64,000 nt of DNA from Thermostichus sp. DRC_bins_24 (lineage in GTDB: Bacteria; Cyanobacteriota; Cyanobacteriia; Thermostichales; Thermostichaceae): positions 1 through 64,000 of the forward strand of contig JAUQVK010000067.1 in NCBI GenBank assembly GCA_039794845.1. Direction: 5' to 3'. The notes beneath the pieces are model-generated. The model made no database searches. It saw only the letters and a program-made list of their open reading frames with translations, and was not told the DNA's origin. The translations under genes and the position numbers were made by a program. Of this stretch, positions 1 to 9,645 are shown one piece after another. How positions within the stretch are numbered: the stretch's first letter is position 1; every line of letters begins with the position of its first letter.

Positions 1-176
1 CGCAACTCTTGTAGCACCTGCCGCGGGCCGATATTGAACACCACAAACAGCACTGCCAGGATGATCACGATCCCCACCGTCGTCCAGATGGCGTCTCGAA
101 TCACCCGTACCCAAAAAAACAGCAAAAAGGCAGCAATGACCACCGCAGCAATCAGCGGCACCATTTCCAGTCCCAT
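1..176 (-). CDS. small membrane protein, partial (3' end outside window)
   Basis: Manual translation from ATG at 176: MGLEMVPLIAAVVIAAFLLFFWVRVIRDAIWTTVGIVIILAVLFVVFNIGPRQVLQEL..., two hydrophobic helices, open to the window edge. Confidence 0.65.
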   Translation of the reverse strand, partial: MGLEMVPLIAAVVIAAFLLFFWVRVIRDAIWTTVGIVIILAVLFVVFNIGPRQVLQEL

Positions 177-352
177 TGGGAGCCCACCTTGCTTAGATTA
201 GATTTGGAGTTTTTGGCCTACCCCTACTTTAGCCAGCCTGAGCCGGGGAAAGGTATCCGTCGATGCGAACGGACTCCATCCCGCTAACGCGACCGGTAAG
301 GGATCCCATCCCGTACAATGAAACTACGGTGCCTCTGTACTTCGCTAAACTC

Positions 353-442
353 ATGGACATCATCACCCTCGGCTGGATTGCGGTTCCCGCCTTCTTTGTA
401 CTCTCGATTGCCCTGGTGGTCTGGGGCCGCAACGGCATGTAA
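353..442 (+). CDS. petN: cytochrome b6f complex subunit 8 (PetN)
   Basis: Manual translation [29 protein letters not shown] (29 aa) has the PetN signature MDI..LGW...[10 protein letters not shown]; below the ORF-track cutoff. Confidence 0.95.
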   Translation: MDIITLGWIAVPAFFVLSIALVVWGRNGM

Positions 443-481
443 TCGCCGGCGATACTCCCTGCACTGGGATTTGAATGTGAC

Positions 482-643
482 ATGGAAACTGAGCTTCCCC
501 TCGTCACCCAAATTGCCTACGGCAGCATCTTTTTGCTGTTGGCGGCAGTGACCTTGGGTGTCGGCTACATCACCTTCATCGATTGGCGGGATCGTCGTCG
601 CCGCAATGAAGTGGAGCGCAAAGCCCGTCGTCCCAAACGTTAA
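482..643 (+). CDS. small single-pass membrane protein (53 aa), unknown function
   Basis: Manual translation METELPLVTQIAYGSIFLLLAAVTLGVGYITFIDWRDRRRRNEVERKARRPKR: one TM helix plus a basic tail; stop overlaps the convergent DUF309 stop. Confidence 0.75.
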   Translation: METELPLVTQIAYGSIFLLLAAVTLGVGYITFIDWRDRRRRNEVERKARRPKR

Positions 644-1041
644 AGCCCTTTAGGTGGGTCTTGGGTGAGCAGGATTTGGGGAATGACCAGGGACGGAAAG
701 GGATCCTCAGGGCTCAATCGAGACAGATGTCTCAGGGTGCTCTGGTTGGCTTGCCACAGCGATTGCAACTCGCAGCCGGCGTAGGTGGGCAAAAAATCCG
801 CCAGTTTGCCATTGGCTTCCCCCAGCAGGATCATGCAGCCGCGCCGATTGCCATTGTTGAGGTGGTAGTAGGCCACCGCCGTTTGCAAAAGGCCATGATA
901 AAAGCGCCGCTCCGGGTCAGCAGCCTCCATCCACAAGGCTTCTAGGGTGTCGTGGCAGGCGTAAAAGTCTCCCCGATTGAATTGGGCGACGGCCAGCTGT
1001 AGTGCCGCAGGAGATGCGTCTGTTGGATGGGGATCCCTCAT
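640..1041 (-). CDS. DUF309 family protein
   Basis: FNRGDFYACHDTLEALW and FYHGLLQTAVAYYH motifs. Confidence 0.85.
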   Translation of the reverse strand: MRDPHPTDASPAALQLAVAQFNRGDFYACHDTLEALWMEAADPERRFYHGLLQTAVAYYHLNNGNRRGCMILLGEANGKLADFLPTYAGCELQSLWQANQSTLRHLSRLSPEDPFPSLVIPQILLTQDPPKGL

Positions 1042-3638
1042 GGGCGGGCTCGCAAAGGCAACGCACAGCTGCGAGTCAGGGGTGGCGTCTGCACCGGTAG
1101 GGATCCCTGAGGTAACAACAGGGTAAAGCAGGTTTTGCCTTGATGGCTCTGCACCGACACACTGCCCTTAAGACGCTCCATTAACTGTTTCACCAAAGCC
1201 AAGCCCAACCCGGTACCCCCCCGCTTCCAGGGATCCCCATTGGGCACCCGATAAAATTTATCGAAAATGCGCTCTTGCTCTTGTGTAGGAATCTCGATGC
1301 CCTCGTTGATCACCTGAATTTGCACTTGGTTGGGGGCAAGCCGCTGCGCCTTCACCTGAATGCGGTGTCCGGGGGGAGTGTATTTGCAGGCATTGTTCAC
1401 CAGCTCTTGTACCACCCGCTCCAAACTGGCCTGATCTGTCACCACCTTGCCTACTTCAGGCTCGATTTGCCACAGCAGCTCCTGTTGATTTGCCTCTGCC
1501 CGCTCCAGAAAAGGATGGAGCAAAGAGGGCAACCACCCCGCTAGAGACAGCTCCTCCAAAGTCAAGGACTTGGATCCCAGCTCCAGCCGCTGCAAGTCCA
1601 ACAAATCGTTGACCAGCTCGGCTTCGCGCTCACATTCGGTTTCCAAAACGGTTAGATAGTCGGAGCGCTTCTGAGGATTTTTGGTGTTCTTGAGCAGGTG
1701 AATGGCCATCTTCATGTTGGTGATCGGGGTGCGCAGCTCATGCGAGACGGTGCTCAAGAAATCATCCTTGAGCTGGTTGAGGCGCTCCAACTCCTCGACT
1801 TGCTTCAGGGAAGCCTGGTAGAGACGGGCCTGACGAATGGCAATGGCACAATGGTTGGCCACCTGCTGTACCAACTCCATTTCCGGCTCATCGAAGTGGT
1901 GGTCGGATCCCTGTGCCCCCTTCACCAACCACAGATCTCCCAATACCCCCTGATCATCCTGCAACGGACACAACAGCAGCGCCATCTTTTGCCGAAAAGG
2001 GATCAAGCCTTGTCCTGGCAAATCACAAAACTGGGTCATCTGCCCCGCTCGCAGTTGTTGGTAGAGGGCCGGGTGCTCAGCCATCGAGATCGTCAACCCC
2101 CCTGCGGCGGGCAGCGTAGAGGTGTACTCGTAGCGAATGGTGGCTTGTGCGCTGTCGGGGTCGTAAAGGCAAATATCACAACACTCGATTGGCAATCCCA
2201 AGGCCAATTCCTGCACCACGGCCCGCAAAATTTGGGCTTCGTCTAAACTGTCTCGCACCTGATCGGTGACCCGCTTAATTAGGGCTTCCATAGCCAAAGA
2301 GCGCTGTAGGGCTGCCGTTCGCTCCTGCACCTGTTGCTCGAGGTGAAGGTTGAGGGTTTGGATCTGCTGATAAAGCTGGTTTTGGACGATGGACATGGCC
2401 AGGTGCACCCCCACCCGACTCAGGAACTCCACCTCTGTAGGTGACCAAGAGGAGATCTCCTGGATCTTCAGCTCCCGCCAAGCCTGAAAAGAAATGTGGG
2501 GCAGTCGTTGTCTGGGATCCCCTTCTGAATGTTCTGAGCCGTTCAGGGTACGATATCCCGCCCACTGGGTTTCCAGATATACCGCGCCGCGAAACACACT
2601 TAACCAGCCCACCGGCTGTCCATTCCACCCCAGCTGCAACAGGATCAAGCCCCGAATCGGCGTTTGGCTGATTTGCTGAAAAAACCGGGGCCATTGCTTC
2701 GGGTGAGACACCGTCCAAACCTTAACCAGCCCGGATCCCTCCTGCTGCATCGGGGTCAGAGACTGATTCTGAAGCTGCTCCTGCAACCAGTCGTCATAGC
2801 CCATGGGAGGTTGTAGGCCATAGGTATGCAGGGTGGATCCCGGTAGGCCGGATTCGGGTTTACCCTCGGCCCCGAGCAGTTGCAGCCGTGCGCCGATGCC
2901 CTGTAACCCAACCGTGAGTTGTTCCAGCACCGTCGCTAAGGTTTCTTGCGGATGCAGCGGAGAATGCAACAGAGCCGCCATTTGATTGATTAAGCTCTCT
3001 TGTTGAGCCTTCTGTCGGGCTTGCTCGAGCAGTTCTGCCTGGGCAATGGCAATGGAAACTTGATCGGCTACCAACTGCACCACTTGGAGTTCTTCCTGGG
3101 AGTAGGGGCGCGGAGTGGCATGGTGGGAGACCAACAGACCCCACAGGTGTTGATGGTGCATGAGGGGAACCGCCAACGAGGAGGCCACTCCCATGCATTT
3201 CAGGTAATGAACATGACAGGGATCCACGGGCCGCCGGGGCACTTCGTAGGGGGGTAGGGGTTGAACCTTGGCGGACGAGGCCAAATATTCCGGCTGGCTG
3301 ATGGAGCGACTCTGGGCCTCCACATCCACGATCACCCGCACCTGAGAGCGGCGAAACAGTTGGCGAGCTTCTGGGGGAATATCGCTGGCAGGAAAAGTGA
3401 GGCCCAGCAGCGAAGGAAGACGACCCTCACGAATTGACTCTGCGATGACCTTGCCGTGGCCCTCAGGATCAAAGCGGTACACCTTAACCCGGTCGGTACC
3501 CAGGAAGGATCCCACTTCCTCGACGGTAGCGGTCAAAATTTGGCTGAGTTCCAGAGATTGCCGGATTTGATTGGTGATGCGGTTGATCAAGGCATCTCGG
3601 CTGAGGTGACCATCGGTAGATAGAATCTCAACACTCAT
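1038..3638 (-). CDS. knotless (PAS-less) phytochrome histidine kinase, GAF-PHY-GAF-HisKA-HATPase (SyB-Cph1-like)
   Basis: N-terminal GAF with FPASDIP and chromophore-binding DPCHVHYL, PHY tongue (PRQRLPHISFQAW), second GAF, H-box SHELRTP, G2 box GGTGLGLAL; start moved to MSVEILST at 3638. Confidence 0.9.
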   Translation of the reverse strand: MSVEILSTDGHLSRDALINRITNQIRQSLELSQILTATVEEVGSFLGTDRVKVYRFDPEGHGKVIAESIREGRLPSLLGLTFPASDIPPEARQLFRRSQVRVIVDVEAQSRSISQPEYLASSAKVQPLPPYEVPRRPVDPCHVHYLKCMGVASSLAVPLMHHQHLWGLLVSHHATPRPYSQEELQVVQLVADQVSIAIAQAELLEQARQKAQQESLINQMAALLHSPLHPQETLATVLEQLTVGLQGIGARLQLLGAEGKPESGLPGSTLHTYGLQPPMGYDDWLQEQLQNQSLTPMQQEGSGLVKVWTVSHPKQWPRFFQQISQTPIRGLILLQLGWNGQPVGWLSVFRGAVYLETQWAGYRTLNGSEHSEGDPRQRLPHISFQAWRELKIQEISSWSPTEVEFLSRVGVHLAMSIVQNQLYQQIQTLNLHLEQQVQERTAALQRSLAMEALIKRVTDQVRDSLDEAQILRAVVQELALGLPIECCDICLYDPDSAQATIRYEYTSTLPAAGGLTISMAEHPALYQQLRAGQMTQFCDLPGQGLIPFRQKMALLLCPLQDDQGVLGDLWLVKGAQGSDHHFDEPEMELVQQVANHCAIAIRQARLYQASLKQVEELERLNQLKDDFLSTVSHELRTPITNMKMAIHLLKNTKNPQKRSDYLTVLETECEREAELVNDLLDLQRLELGSKSLTLEELSLAGWLPSLLHPFLERAEANQQELLWQIEPEVGKVVTDQASLERVVQELVNNACKYTPPGHRIQVKAQRLAPNQVQIQVINEGIEIPTQEQERIFDKFYRVPNGDPWKRGGTGLGLALVKQLMERLKGSVSVQSHQGKTCFTLLLPQGSLPVQTPPLTRSCALPLRARP

Positions 3639-3795
3639 GGTGGCAAGCCTGTGTAAGGAGGAGAGGGCCTGCTGAAAGGGATCCAGCACCTTTCCCTTAT
3701 TTCCAGCATAGAATGCTGGCCCCTCAAATGGGGTTAAAGAATGTATCAATCTGTAAGAGCTTATCCGTGTAAACACGGGTATCGCCAGATTCCAA

Positions 3796-4605
3796 CTACG
3801 CCAGCACGGGCAGGCGAAACAGTTGAGCCGCATTGTGGCTGGTTTGTTCTGCCAGGTTCTCCAGAGGGATCCCTAACAGATCCGCCAAGGTATGGGCAAC
3901 CTGCTCCACATAGGCCGGCTCGTTGCGTTTGCCGCGAAAGGGGGTAGGAGCCAGAAACGGACAGTCGGTTTCTATCAGCAGTTGGGTCAGGGGCACTTCC
4001 AGGGCAGACTCTCGCACCGCTTTTGCATTCTTGAAGGTGACGATGCCGCTAAAGCTGATAAAGCAGCCGAGGGCAACAAACTCCCGCGTTTCCGCCGGGG
4101 ATCCACTCCAGCAATGCATCACCGCCCGCACCGGCCCCGCTTCAGCGATCGCCTGGGACAAAATCTGATGGGTGGCTGCTGCGGCATCCCGGCAATGGAT
4201 AATCAAGGCCAAATCCTGACGCTGGGCAATGGCAATTTGCGCTTGAAAGGCTTGCTTTTGCAGCTCAATGTCAGCAGGGTCCGACTTGTAAAAGTCCAGC
4301 CCTGTTTCCCCAATCGCCACCACTCGTGGGTCGCCGGCGGCCAACCGGGCAATCTCGGCGGCCATGGGCGGCTGCCACAACCGTGCCTCTAGGGGGTGTA
4401 ACCCCACCGACAAAAACACCTCCGGGTACTGATCGGCAATTGCCTGCAACTGGGGAAATTCATCCGGCGTTACGCAGGAATGCACCAGTTGCCGGATCCC
4501 GGCCTGCCGCCAGCGTTGGGCAACCTCGGGCAGATCCGCTGCGAAATTGGGGTAATTCAGGTGGACGTGGGTATCCACCAGTCCAGCAGGGGCAATATCC
4601 AACAT
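3796..4605 (-). CDS. tatD: TatD family DNase
   Basis: DTHVHL, GLHP, AIGETGLD, HCR, HCWSG and ETDCPFLAP motifs. Confidence 0.93.
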   Translation of the reverse strand: MLDIAPAGLVDTHVHLNYPNFAADLPEVAQRWRQAGIRQLVHSCVTPDEFPQLQAIADQYPEVFLSVGLHPLEARLWQPPMAAEIARLAAGDPRVVAIGETGLDFYKSDPADIELQKQAFQAQIAIAQRQDLALIIHCRDAAAATHQILSQAIAEAGPVRAVMHCWSGSPAETREFVALGCFISFSGIVTFKNAKAVRESALEVPLTQLLIETDCPFLAPTPFRGKRNEPAYVEQVAHTLADLLGIPLENLAEQTSHNAAQLFRLPVLA

Positions 4606-4692
4606 GGCAGCGCTCAAGGCTTGGCTCCGGGTGAAGGTATTGTACTAAGGTATTGCAGATTGTAAACTCTCTCCCCACCTTAACCAGACGAA

Positions 4693-4730
4693 GGGGATCC
4701 CTTCAAGCGGGTGCGGGTTCAGGGAGGGAT
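4693..4730 (+). repeat. 38-bp direct repeat, left copy (ggggatcccttcaagcgggtgcgggttcagggagggat)
   Basis: Identical to 5897-5934. Confidence 0.95.
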
Positions 4731-4773
4731 TCGTAGGTTCTGAAATCTACATGAGCTGCTATCAATTAGGTAG

Positions 4774-4802
4774 TTGACACTAAGTTGCATTAGCGCTACG
4801 CT
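4774..4802 (+). promoter_or_regulatory. sigma70-type promoter
   Basis: TTGACA (4774-4779), 17-bp spacer, TACGCT (4797-4802), 25 bp upstream of the ATG at 4828. Confidence 0.65.
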
Positions 4803-4827
4803 TTCAGTGTTGATTTCAAAAAACACA

Positions 4828-5124
4828 ATGCTTAGATACGTGAAAGTACTTACTTCAGCTGCTCTCATGGTTCAGTTATGACTTCCAATCATGGCTGCTA
4901 GCGCTCAAAGCCTTGGACATTCTTCTTCTGAAGGTCGCTTTCACGTTCCCCCTGAAACCGTTGACACAATGGTGAGTGTAGGGAGCGGAGCTGTTATCTC
5001 TGGTTGTTCTTATGCCCTCGGTTGCTACACCTCAGGGCGACCAATGAATTTCAATGATTTCGCTATATTTGCTTGTTTCGGTGGGCTGTCTGGATGGTAC
5101 AGAGACTTTTGCTCTAGGTTTTGA
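4828..5124 (+). pseudogene. decayed secreted Gly/Cys-rich peptide gene (toxin/bacteriocin-like, unproven)
   Basis: ATG 4828 is in frame with ORF 4891..5124: MLRYVKVLTSAALMVQL*LPIMAASA|QS..., a Sec-like signal peptide interrupted by one TGA; coding-like fragments continue in shifted frames to about 5340. Confidence 0.5.
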
Positions 5125-5360
5125 TATTGCGGTTAGTCAAGCCACCAAGTATGCTATTGCTTTCCTCTGCCCTGGTAGAGTCAGACAGGATTTTAGGAGC
5201 AATAGGTTGTGGAGCAGGATGGGGAAGTCACATCTACTGTTTGAGTGAATTTTCGTAGCTCTGAGTCTTGTTTCTGGCGGCATAGAGTCTGGAGGTATGA
5301 GAGAGCTTTCTCGAAATCATTTCTCAAAACTGTGGTTGACTTTAAGGGGCTGTTTCCAAT

Positions 5361-5714
5361 ATGTTCTTCCGACAAGTGATTAATGAGTTCAGGAGCTCTA
5401 GACCTTTACTCTTCAAACTTCTCACTTTTTCTTTATTTTCCTTTGCTGGCTCATTAGTTTGGGTACTACTTACAGGTGATATCCTTGCCATTCGGTATTT
5501 CTTTGTGATCGCTGTTGTGGCATTCTTTGGACCTGAGCTAGAGAGGCTCCTCATTCTGAAGAGCTTTGGTCTGGAGATAGAAGAAGCGAGCGCCAAGATG
5601 CGCCTCTTTGCTAGGTCTGCTACGCTTGTTGGAGCACTCATGCTAATTTGGGCTTTATTTTGTCGCTGTTCACCGATAGTAGTGTGGCACGAGATTTCTA
5701 TGATTTTTTCTTAG
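5361..5714 (+). CDS. small hydrophobic membrane protein (about 3 TM), possible immunity protein
   Basis: 117-aa ORF with several hydrophobic segments in the AT-rich cassette. Confidence 0.6.
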   Translation: MFFRQVINEFRSSRPLLFKLLTFSLFSFAGSLVWVLLTGDILAIRYFFVIAVVAFFGPELERLLILKSFGLEIEEASAKMRLFARSATLVGALMLIWALFCRCSPIVVWHEISMIFS

Positions 5715-5896
5715 TTTGAGGCCTCAGCCCGTCACTATGGTGCCCTCACGATGGCCACAATCGCTATGGACGAATTCAGTTTGAATTCAGTTTGTTTCTG
5801 AAGGCTCCTTTTTTCAAGGGTTGTGGGGGCACGGCAACGATGAACCCTCTAGCACCTGGACTGAGCCTCGCTGTTGGTTCTGTTCGTTCCATCTTT

Positions 5897-5934
5897 GGGG
5901 ATCCCTTCAAGCGGGTGCGGGTTCAGGGAGGGAT
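5897..5934 (+). repeat. 38-bp direct repeat, right copy
   Basis: Identical to 4693-4730; continues into a complete second GGGATCCC. Confidence 0.95.
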
Positions 5935-6002
5935 CCCGTTTGCCAGTTGCTGCCACTTTTGGGAGCATGATGATAGAGAAATCTGACAGTTGGAGACCCC
6001 TT

Positions 6003-6587
6003 ATGGCTCGCACCCCCTCAACCATGCTGGCTTTGGAGACCCAGGCTCCCGACTTCAGCCTGCCGGATGTGGTGACCGGCAAAACCATTTCTCTGGCTAG
6101 CTTTGATGACAAGCCCGCCCTTTTGGTGATGTTCATCTGTGAGCATTGCCCCTATGTGAAGCACGTTCAGGAAGAATTGGCTCGCCTTGGCAGAGACTAC
6201 GGAAACCGCGGCGTGGGGATTGTTGCCATCAGCGCCAATGATGCCGAGAAATACCCGGATGATCGCCCGGAAAACCTGAAGAAAATGGCAGAGACGTTGG
6301 GTTTTACCTTTCCCTTTTGCTACGACGAAAGCCAAGAGGTGGCCAAGGCCTACACCGCTGCCTGCACCCCCGACTTCTTTTTGTTTAATGCGGATCGCAA
6401 GTTGGTGTATCGCGGGCAGTTGGATGACAGTCGCCCCAGCCTCCCAGATGTGCCGGTGACCGGGAAAGATCTACGGGCCGCTTTGGATAACCTTTTGGCG
6501 GGTAAACCCATCGATCCCGATCAAAAGCCCAGCTTAGGCTGCAACATTAAATGGAAACCGGGCAACGAACCTGCGTATTTCGGGTGA
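6003..6587 (+). CDS. thioredoxin-fold AhpC/TSA family protein
   Basis: MARTPSTML start, FICEHCPYV CxxC, YTAACTPDFF, PSLGCNIKWK. Confidence 0.9.
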   Translation: MARTPSTMLALETQAPDFSLPDVVTGKTISLASFDDKPALLVMFICEHCPYVKHVQEELARLGRDYGNRGVGIVAISANDAEKYPDDRPENLKKMAETLGFTFPFCYDESQEVAKAYTAACTPDFFLFNADRKLVYRGQLDDSRPSLPDVPVTGKDLRAALDNLLAGKPIDPDQKPSLGCNIKWKPGNEPAYFG

Positions 6588-6678
6588 AAAACTCCCGGGC
6601 GCTCCGCTTCGTTACATTGAACCCCCACCTACTATGCGAGGAGGGGGAAGTTCGGGCTGAATTTGTTCAACTTTTGGC

Positions 6679-8319
6679 TCAGATCTTTTGGGTAGCGGCC
6701 TCCCGTTGCTCCGGGGTGGAGCGTGCAGCGTGCAGGGCAAAGTACAGCTTATTCAGCGCATTCATGTAGGCTTGGGCGGAGGCGACGATAATGTCGGTGT
6801 TGGCGGCATGGCCGGAAAAAACCCGCTCCTCATGGCGCAAACGGATGGTTACTTCCCCAATGGCATCGATCCCGGCGGTAACCGACTGAACCGAGAACTC
6901 AATGAGCTTGTTGGGAATATCGACAATGCGGTTGATCGCCTTGTAGACTGCATCCACGGGGCCGGTGCCCACTGCCGCATCCATCAATTCCTGCCCATCG
7001 GGGGTGATCAGGCGCACAGTGGCGGTGGGGGCTTGCTTGTCACCGCACACCACCTGCACATGCTCTAGGCGATAGAGCTCTGGCACCGGGCGGGTTTCGT
7101 CGTTGACAATGGCCTCCAAATCCAGGTCGGAAATTTCTTTTTTCTTGTCCGCCAGCTCTTTGAAGCGGATGAAGGCTTTGTTCAGGTCTTGCTCAGAAAG
7201 ATCAAACCCCAATTCCTTGAGGCGATTGCGAAAGGCGTTGCGGCCCGAGTGTTTGCCCAACACCAAGGTACTGGATTGTAAGCCGATGGTCTGGGCATCC
7301 ATGATTTCGTAGGTCTGGCGGTTTTTCAGCATGCCATCCTGATGGATCCCCGACTCGTGGGCAAAGGCATTGGAGCCGACAATGGCTTTGTTGGGCTGCA
7401 CCAACATCCCCGTCAGGTTAGAGACCAGGCGAGAAGTGCGGTAGATCTCCTGAGTTTTGATGTGGGTGAGGGGTTTTTCCGATTCAACGGGCAGGCCGAA
7501 GTAGGGGTTGTAGTAGCTGCGGCGCACATGCAAAGCCATGACCAATTCTTCCAAGGCGGTATTCCCGGCCCGCTCGCCAATGCCGTTGATGGTCACTTCC
7601 ACCTGGCGTACCCCCTGTTTGATCGCCTCTAGGAAGTTGGCCACCGATACCCCCAAATCATCATGGCCATGCACGGAAAGCACCGCCTGCTGAATGTTGG
7701 GCACATTTTCGCGGATCCCTTTGATCAGTTGACCAAATTCTTCCGGCATGACGTAGCCAACGGTATCGGGGATGTTGATGGTTTTCGCCCCGGCTCGAAT
7801 GGCTGCCTCGATCACCTGATACAGATACTCTGGGTCAGAACGGGTGGCATCCATCATGGAGAACTCCACATCCTCCACAAACGATTTGGCATAGGCCACC
7901 ATGTCTTCGGCAATTTGCAGCACTTCGGCGCGGCTTTTGCGCAACTGGTATTTCAGGTGAATATCGGAGGTGGAAATAAAAGTGTGGATGCGGGGTTTGG
8001 CGGCAGGCTTAAGGGCTTCGGCAGCCGCTTCGATATCGGGTTTGAGGGCGCGGGCCAAGCTACAAATAACGGGGCCATCGGGGGATCCTACTTGTTCCGC
8101 TACTTTCTGGACCGCTTCAAAATCCCCGGGGCTGGCGTAGGCAAACCCCGCCTCGATGATATCCACCCCCAGTCGGGCCAGTTGTCGGGCAATCGCCAGT
8201 TTCTCTTCCGTGTTCAGGGTAGCTCCGGGGCATTGCTCCCCATCCCGCAGGGTGGTGTCGAAAATCAAGACGTGATCGAGAGCTTGGCCATTAAAGGAAG
8301 AGACTGCGGCAGAATCCAT
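6679..8319 (-). CDS. leuA: 2-isopropylmalate synthase
   Basis: [36 protein letters not shown] and a C-terminal regulatory domain. Confidence 0.96.
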   Translation of the reverse strand: MDSAAVSSFNGQALDHVLIFDTTLRDGEQCPGATLNTEEKLAIARQLARLGVDIIEAGFAYASPGDFEAVQKVAEQVGSPDGPVICSLARALKPDIEAAAEALKPAAKPRIHTFISTSDIHLKYQLRKSRAEVLQIAEDMVAYAKSFVEDVEFSMMDATRSDPEYLYQVIEAAIRAGAKTINIPDTVGYVMPEEFGQLIKGIRENVPNIQQAVLSVHGHDDLGVSVANFLEAIKQGVRQVEVTINGIGERAGNTALEELVMALHVRRSYYNPYFGLPVESEKPLTHIKTQEIYRTSRLVSNLTGMLVQPNKAIVGSNAFAHESGIHQDGMLKNRQTYEIMDAQTIGLQSSTLVLGKHSGRNAFRNRLKELGFDLSEQDLNKAFIRFKELADKKKEISDLDLEAIVNDETRPVPELYRLEHVQVVCGDKQAPTATVRLITPDGQELMDAAVGTGPVDAVYKAINRIVDIPNKLIEFSVQSVTAGIDAIGEVTIRLRHEERVFSGHAANTDIIVASAQAYMNALNKLYFALHAARSTPEQREAATQKI

Positions 8320-8610
8320 GACCGTAACCAGGACTACGAAACATCACCCTTCATTGTGGCATCCTGCCACCCTCCAGACTACAGCAGAAGCAGGAGGAAT
8401 TCTCCTTGACTTGCTGAACTCATGACTCGGTTAACCAACGATACACAACTCCCTAAAGTTATAGCTAAAAAATATACCTACATCCGTGCAAGCAAGGACT
8501 GGTAAGTCAAGTCCATTGACAGATATTCAATAAAATCAAATAATATTTTGAAAGGAAAACTACCCCCTCGAGATCCAAAAACTCTTAATCTTACCCAGGC
8601 AAGGTAAAGT

Positions 8611-9234
8611 ATGAAATACAGCTCAAGCAATTGCTTCGCTTTCTGTATCTCATTGCTCCCTATCACTCTTGCTGGCTTGGCTCCTCATTCTGCTTATGCT
8701 CAGAATTCGCAACTTACTCAGTGCATCCAGGGGCTGATGGAGCAAGAGGCTCAATCTGATGAAGCTTTAGCTCTGTGCAAGGATCGACAGAGAGATAGAG
8801 GTTTGGATTTGCCAAGCTTTCTCTCTGAACTGTCAACAGAGCCGACTCCAATTCCGCGTTTTACGCCGCTTTTGGATGGGATCAACGCTTCTCAAGGAAA
8901 AGCGCCTCCTGAAGTTTTAGATTTTGCAAATAGATTTTCTAAAGAACAAAGAGAAATGCGAGAAGCTTGGTTAAAAGACCTAACAACTAAAATTGAAAGC
9001 AAATGGATCCCACCAAAAAAAGGTTCCAGCAGAAAAACGATAGTAACTTTTATCGTAAGGCGAGATGGAAATATCGAGAACCCCCGAATATCTGAGCCCT
9101 CAGGAGATGACTTGACGGATAGAGCTGCTCTTGAGGCAGTGCAAGATGCTTCTCCCTTCGCTCCTTTGCCAGAGTTTTTCCCCGATTCAGTGACAGTCAA
9201 CTTCTCGTTCAACATCTATGTTCGACATCAATAA
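8611..9234 (+). CDS. exported TonB/TolA C-terminal domain protein
   Basis: Signal-like N-terminus (..PHSAYA|QN); C-terminal W.PP...VTFIVRRDG....SGDDLTDRAALEAVQDASPFAPLP; AT-rich context. Confidence 0.75.
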   Translation: MKYSSSNCFAFCISLLPITLAGLAPHSAYAQNSQLTQCIQGLMEQEAQSDEALALCKDRQRDRGLDLPSFLSELSTEPTPIPRFTPLLDGINASQGKAPPEVLDFANRFSKEQREMREAWLKDLTTKIESKWIPPKKGSSRKTIVTFIVRRDGNIENPRISEPSGDDLTDRAALEAVQDASPFAPLPEFFPDSVTVNFSFNIYVRHQ

Positions 9235-9240
9235 TTTAGA

Positions 9241-9417
9241 TACAGCCCTTTACGCCCAGGGCACGCTAGTGCGTTCGCCAGCCCATAGGGCACCGCTAGT
9301 CACGCGTAACAACTGTGGAAGTTAAGATCCACTCTCTAGAAGGAGAGCCCTCCGGGCCCCGCGTAGCGAGAACAGGAAGTACGATCCCTGCTGTAGAAAA
9401 CCTGCGCAAGGGCTGTA
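9241..9417 (-). mobile_element. MITE-like element, copy 1
   Basis: Terminal inverted repeats TACAGCCCTT / AAGGGCTGTA; reverse complement aligns with the copies at 12617 and 56529. Confidence 0.75.
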
Positions 9418-9645
9418 ATGTAAAAGGTTCAGATCTCCCGGGCTTAATAGTGATCAAGGATCACTCAGGTCAGAAAGCTGCCAATATCCGAATCACTTAC
9501 CTTCACCACATCCGAGTAAATTTGCTGCAGTAAGGTCAAAGTTGACCAGAGAGGACTGAGGTCTATGAGCCTGATGATGCAGGTATCCTAGCCGAGCCTG
9601 TCACCCCTTCAGGTTTTGTTGTTGAGCCGGGAGGGCTGGAAGAAC

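Noticed and set aside
3639..3833. N-terminal extension of the phytochrome in the ORF track
   Set aside because: Overlaps tatD and precedes the likely ATG at 3638; not PAS-like
4693..4730. 38-bp repeat as a CRISPR repeat or tRNA attachment site
   Set aside because: Only two copies 1.2 kb apart, no cas genes, and no tRNA cloverleaf seen
4879..4881. In-frame TGA as a selenocysteine or readthrough codon
   Set aside because: It lies within a signal peptide, no SECIS-like hairpin was recognised, and downstream frameshifts indicate decay
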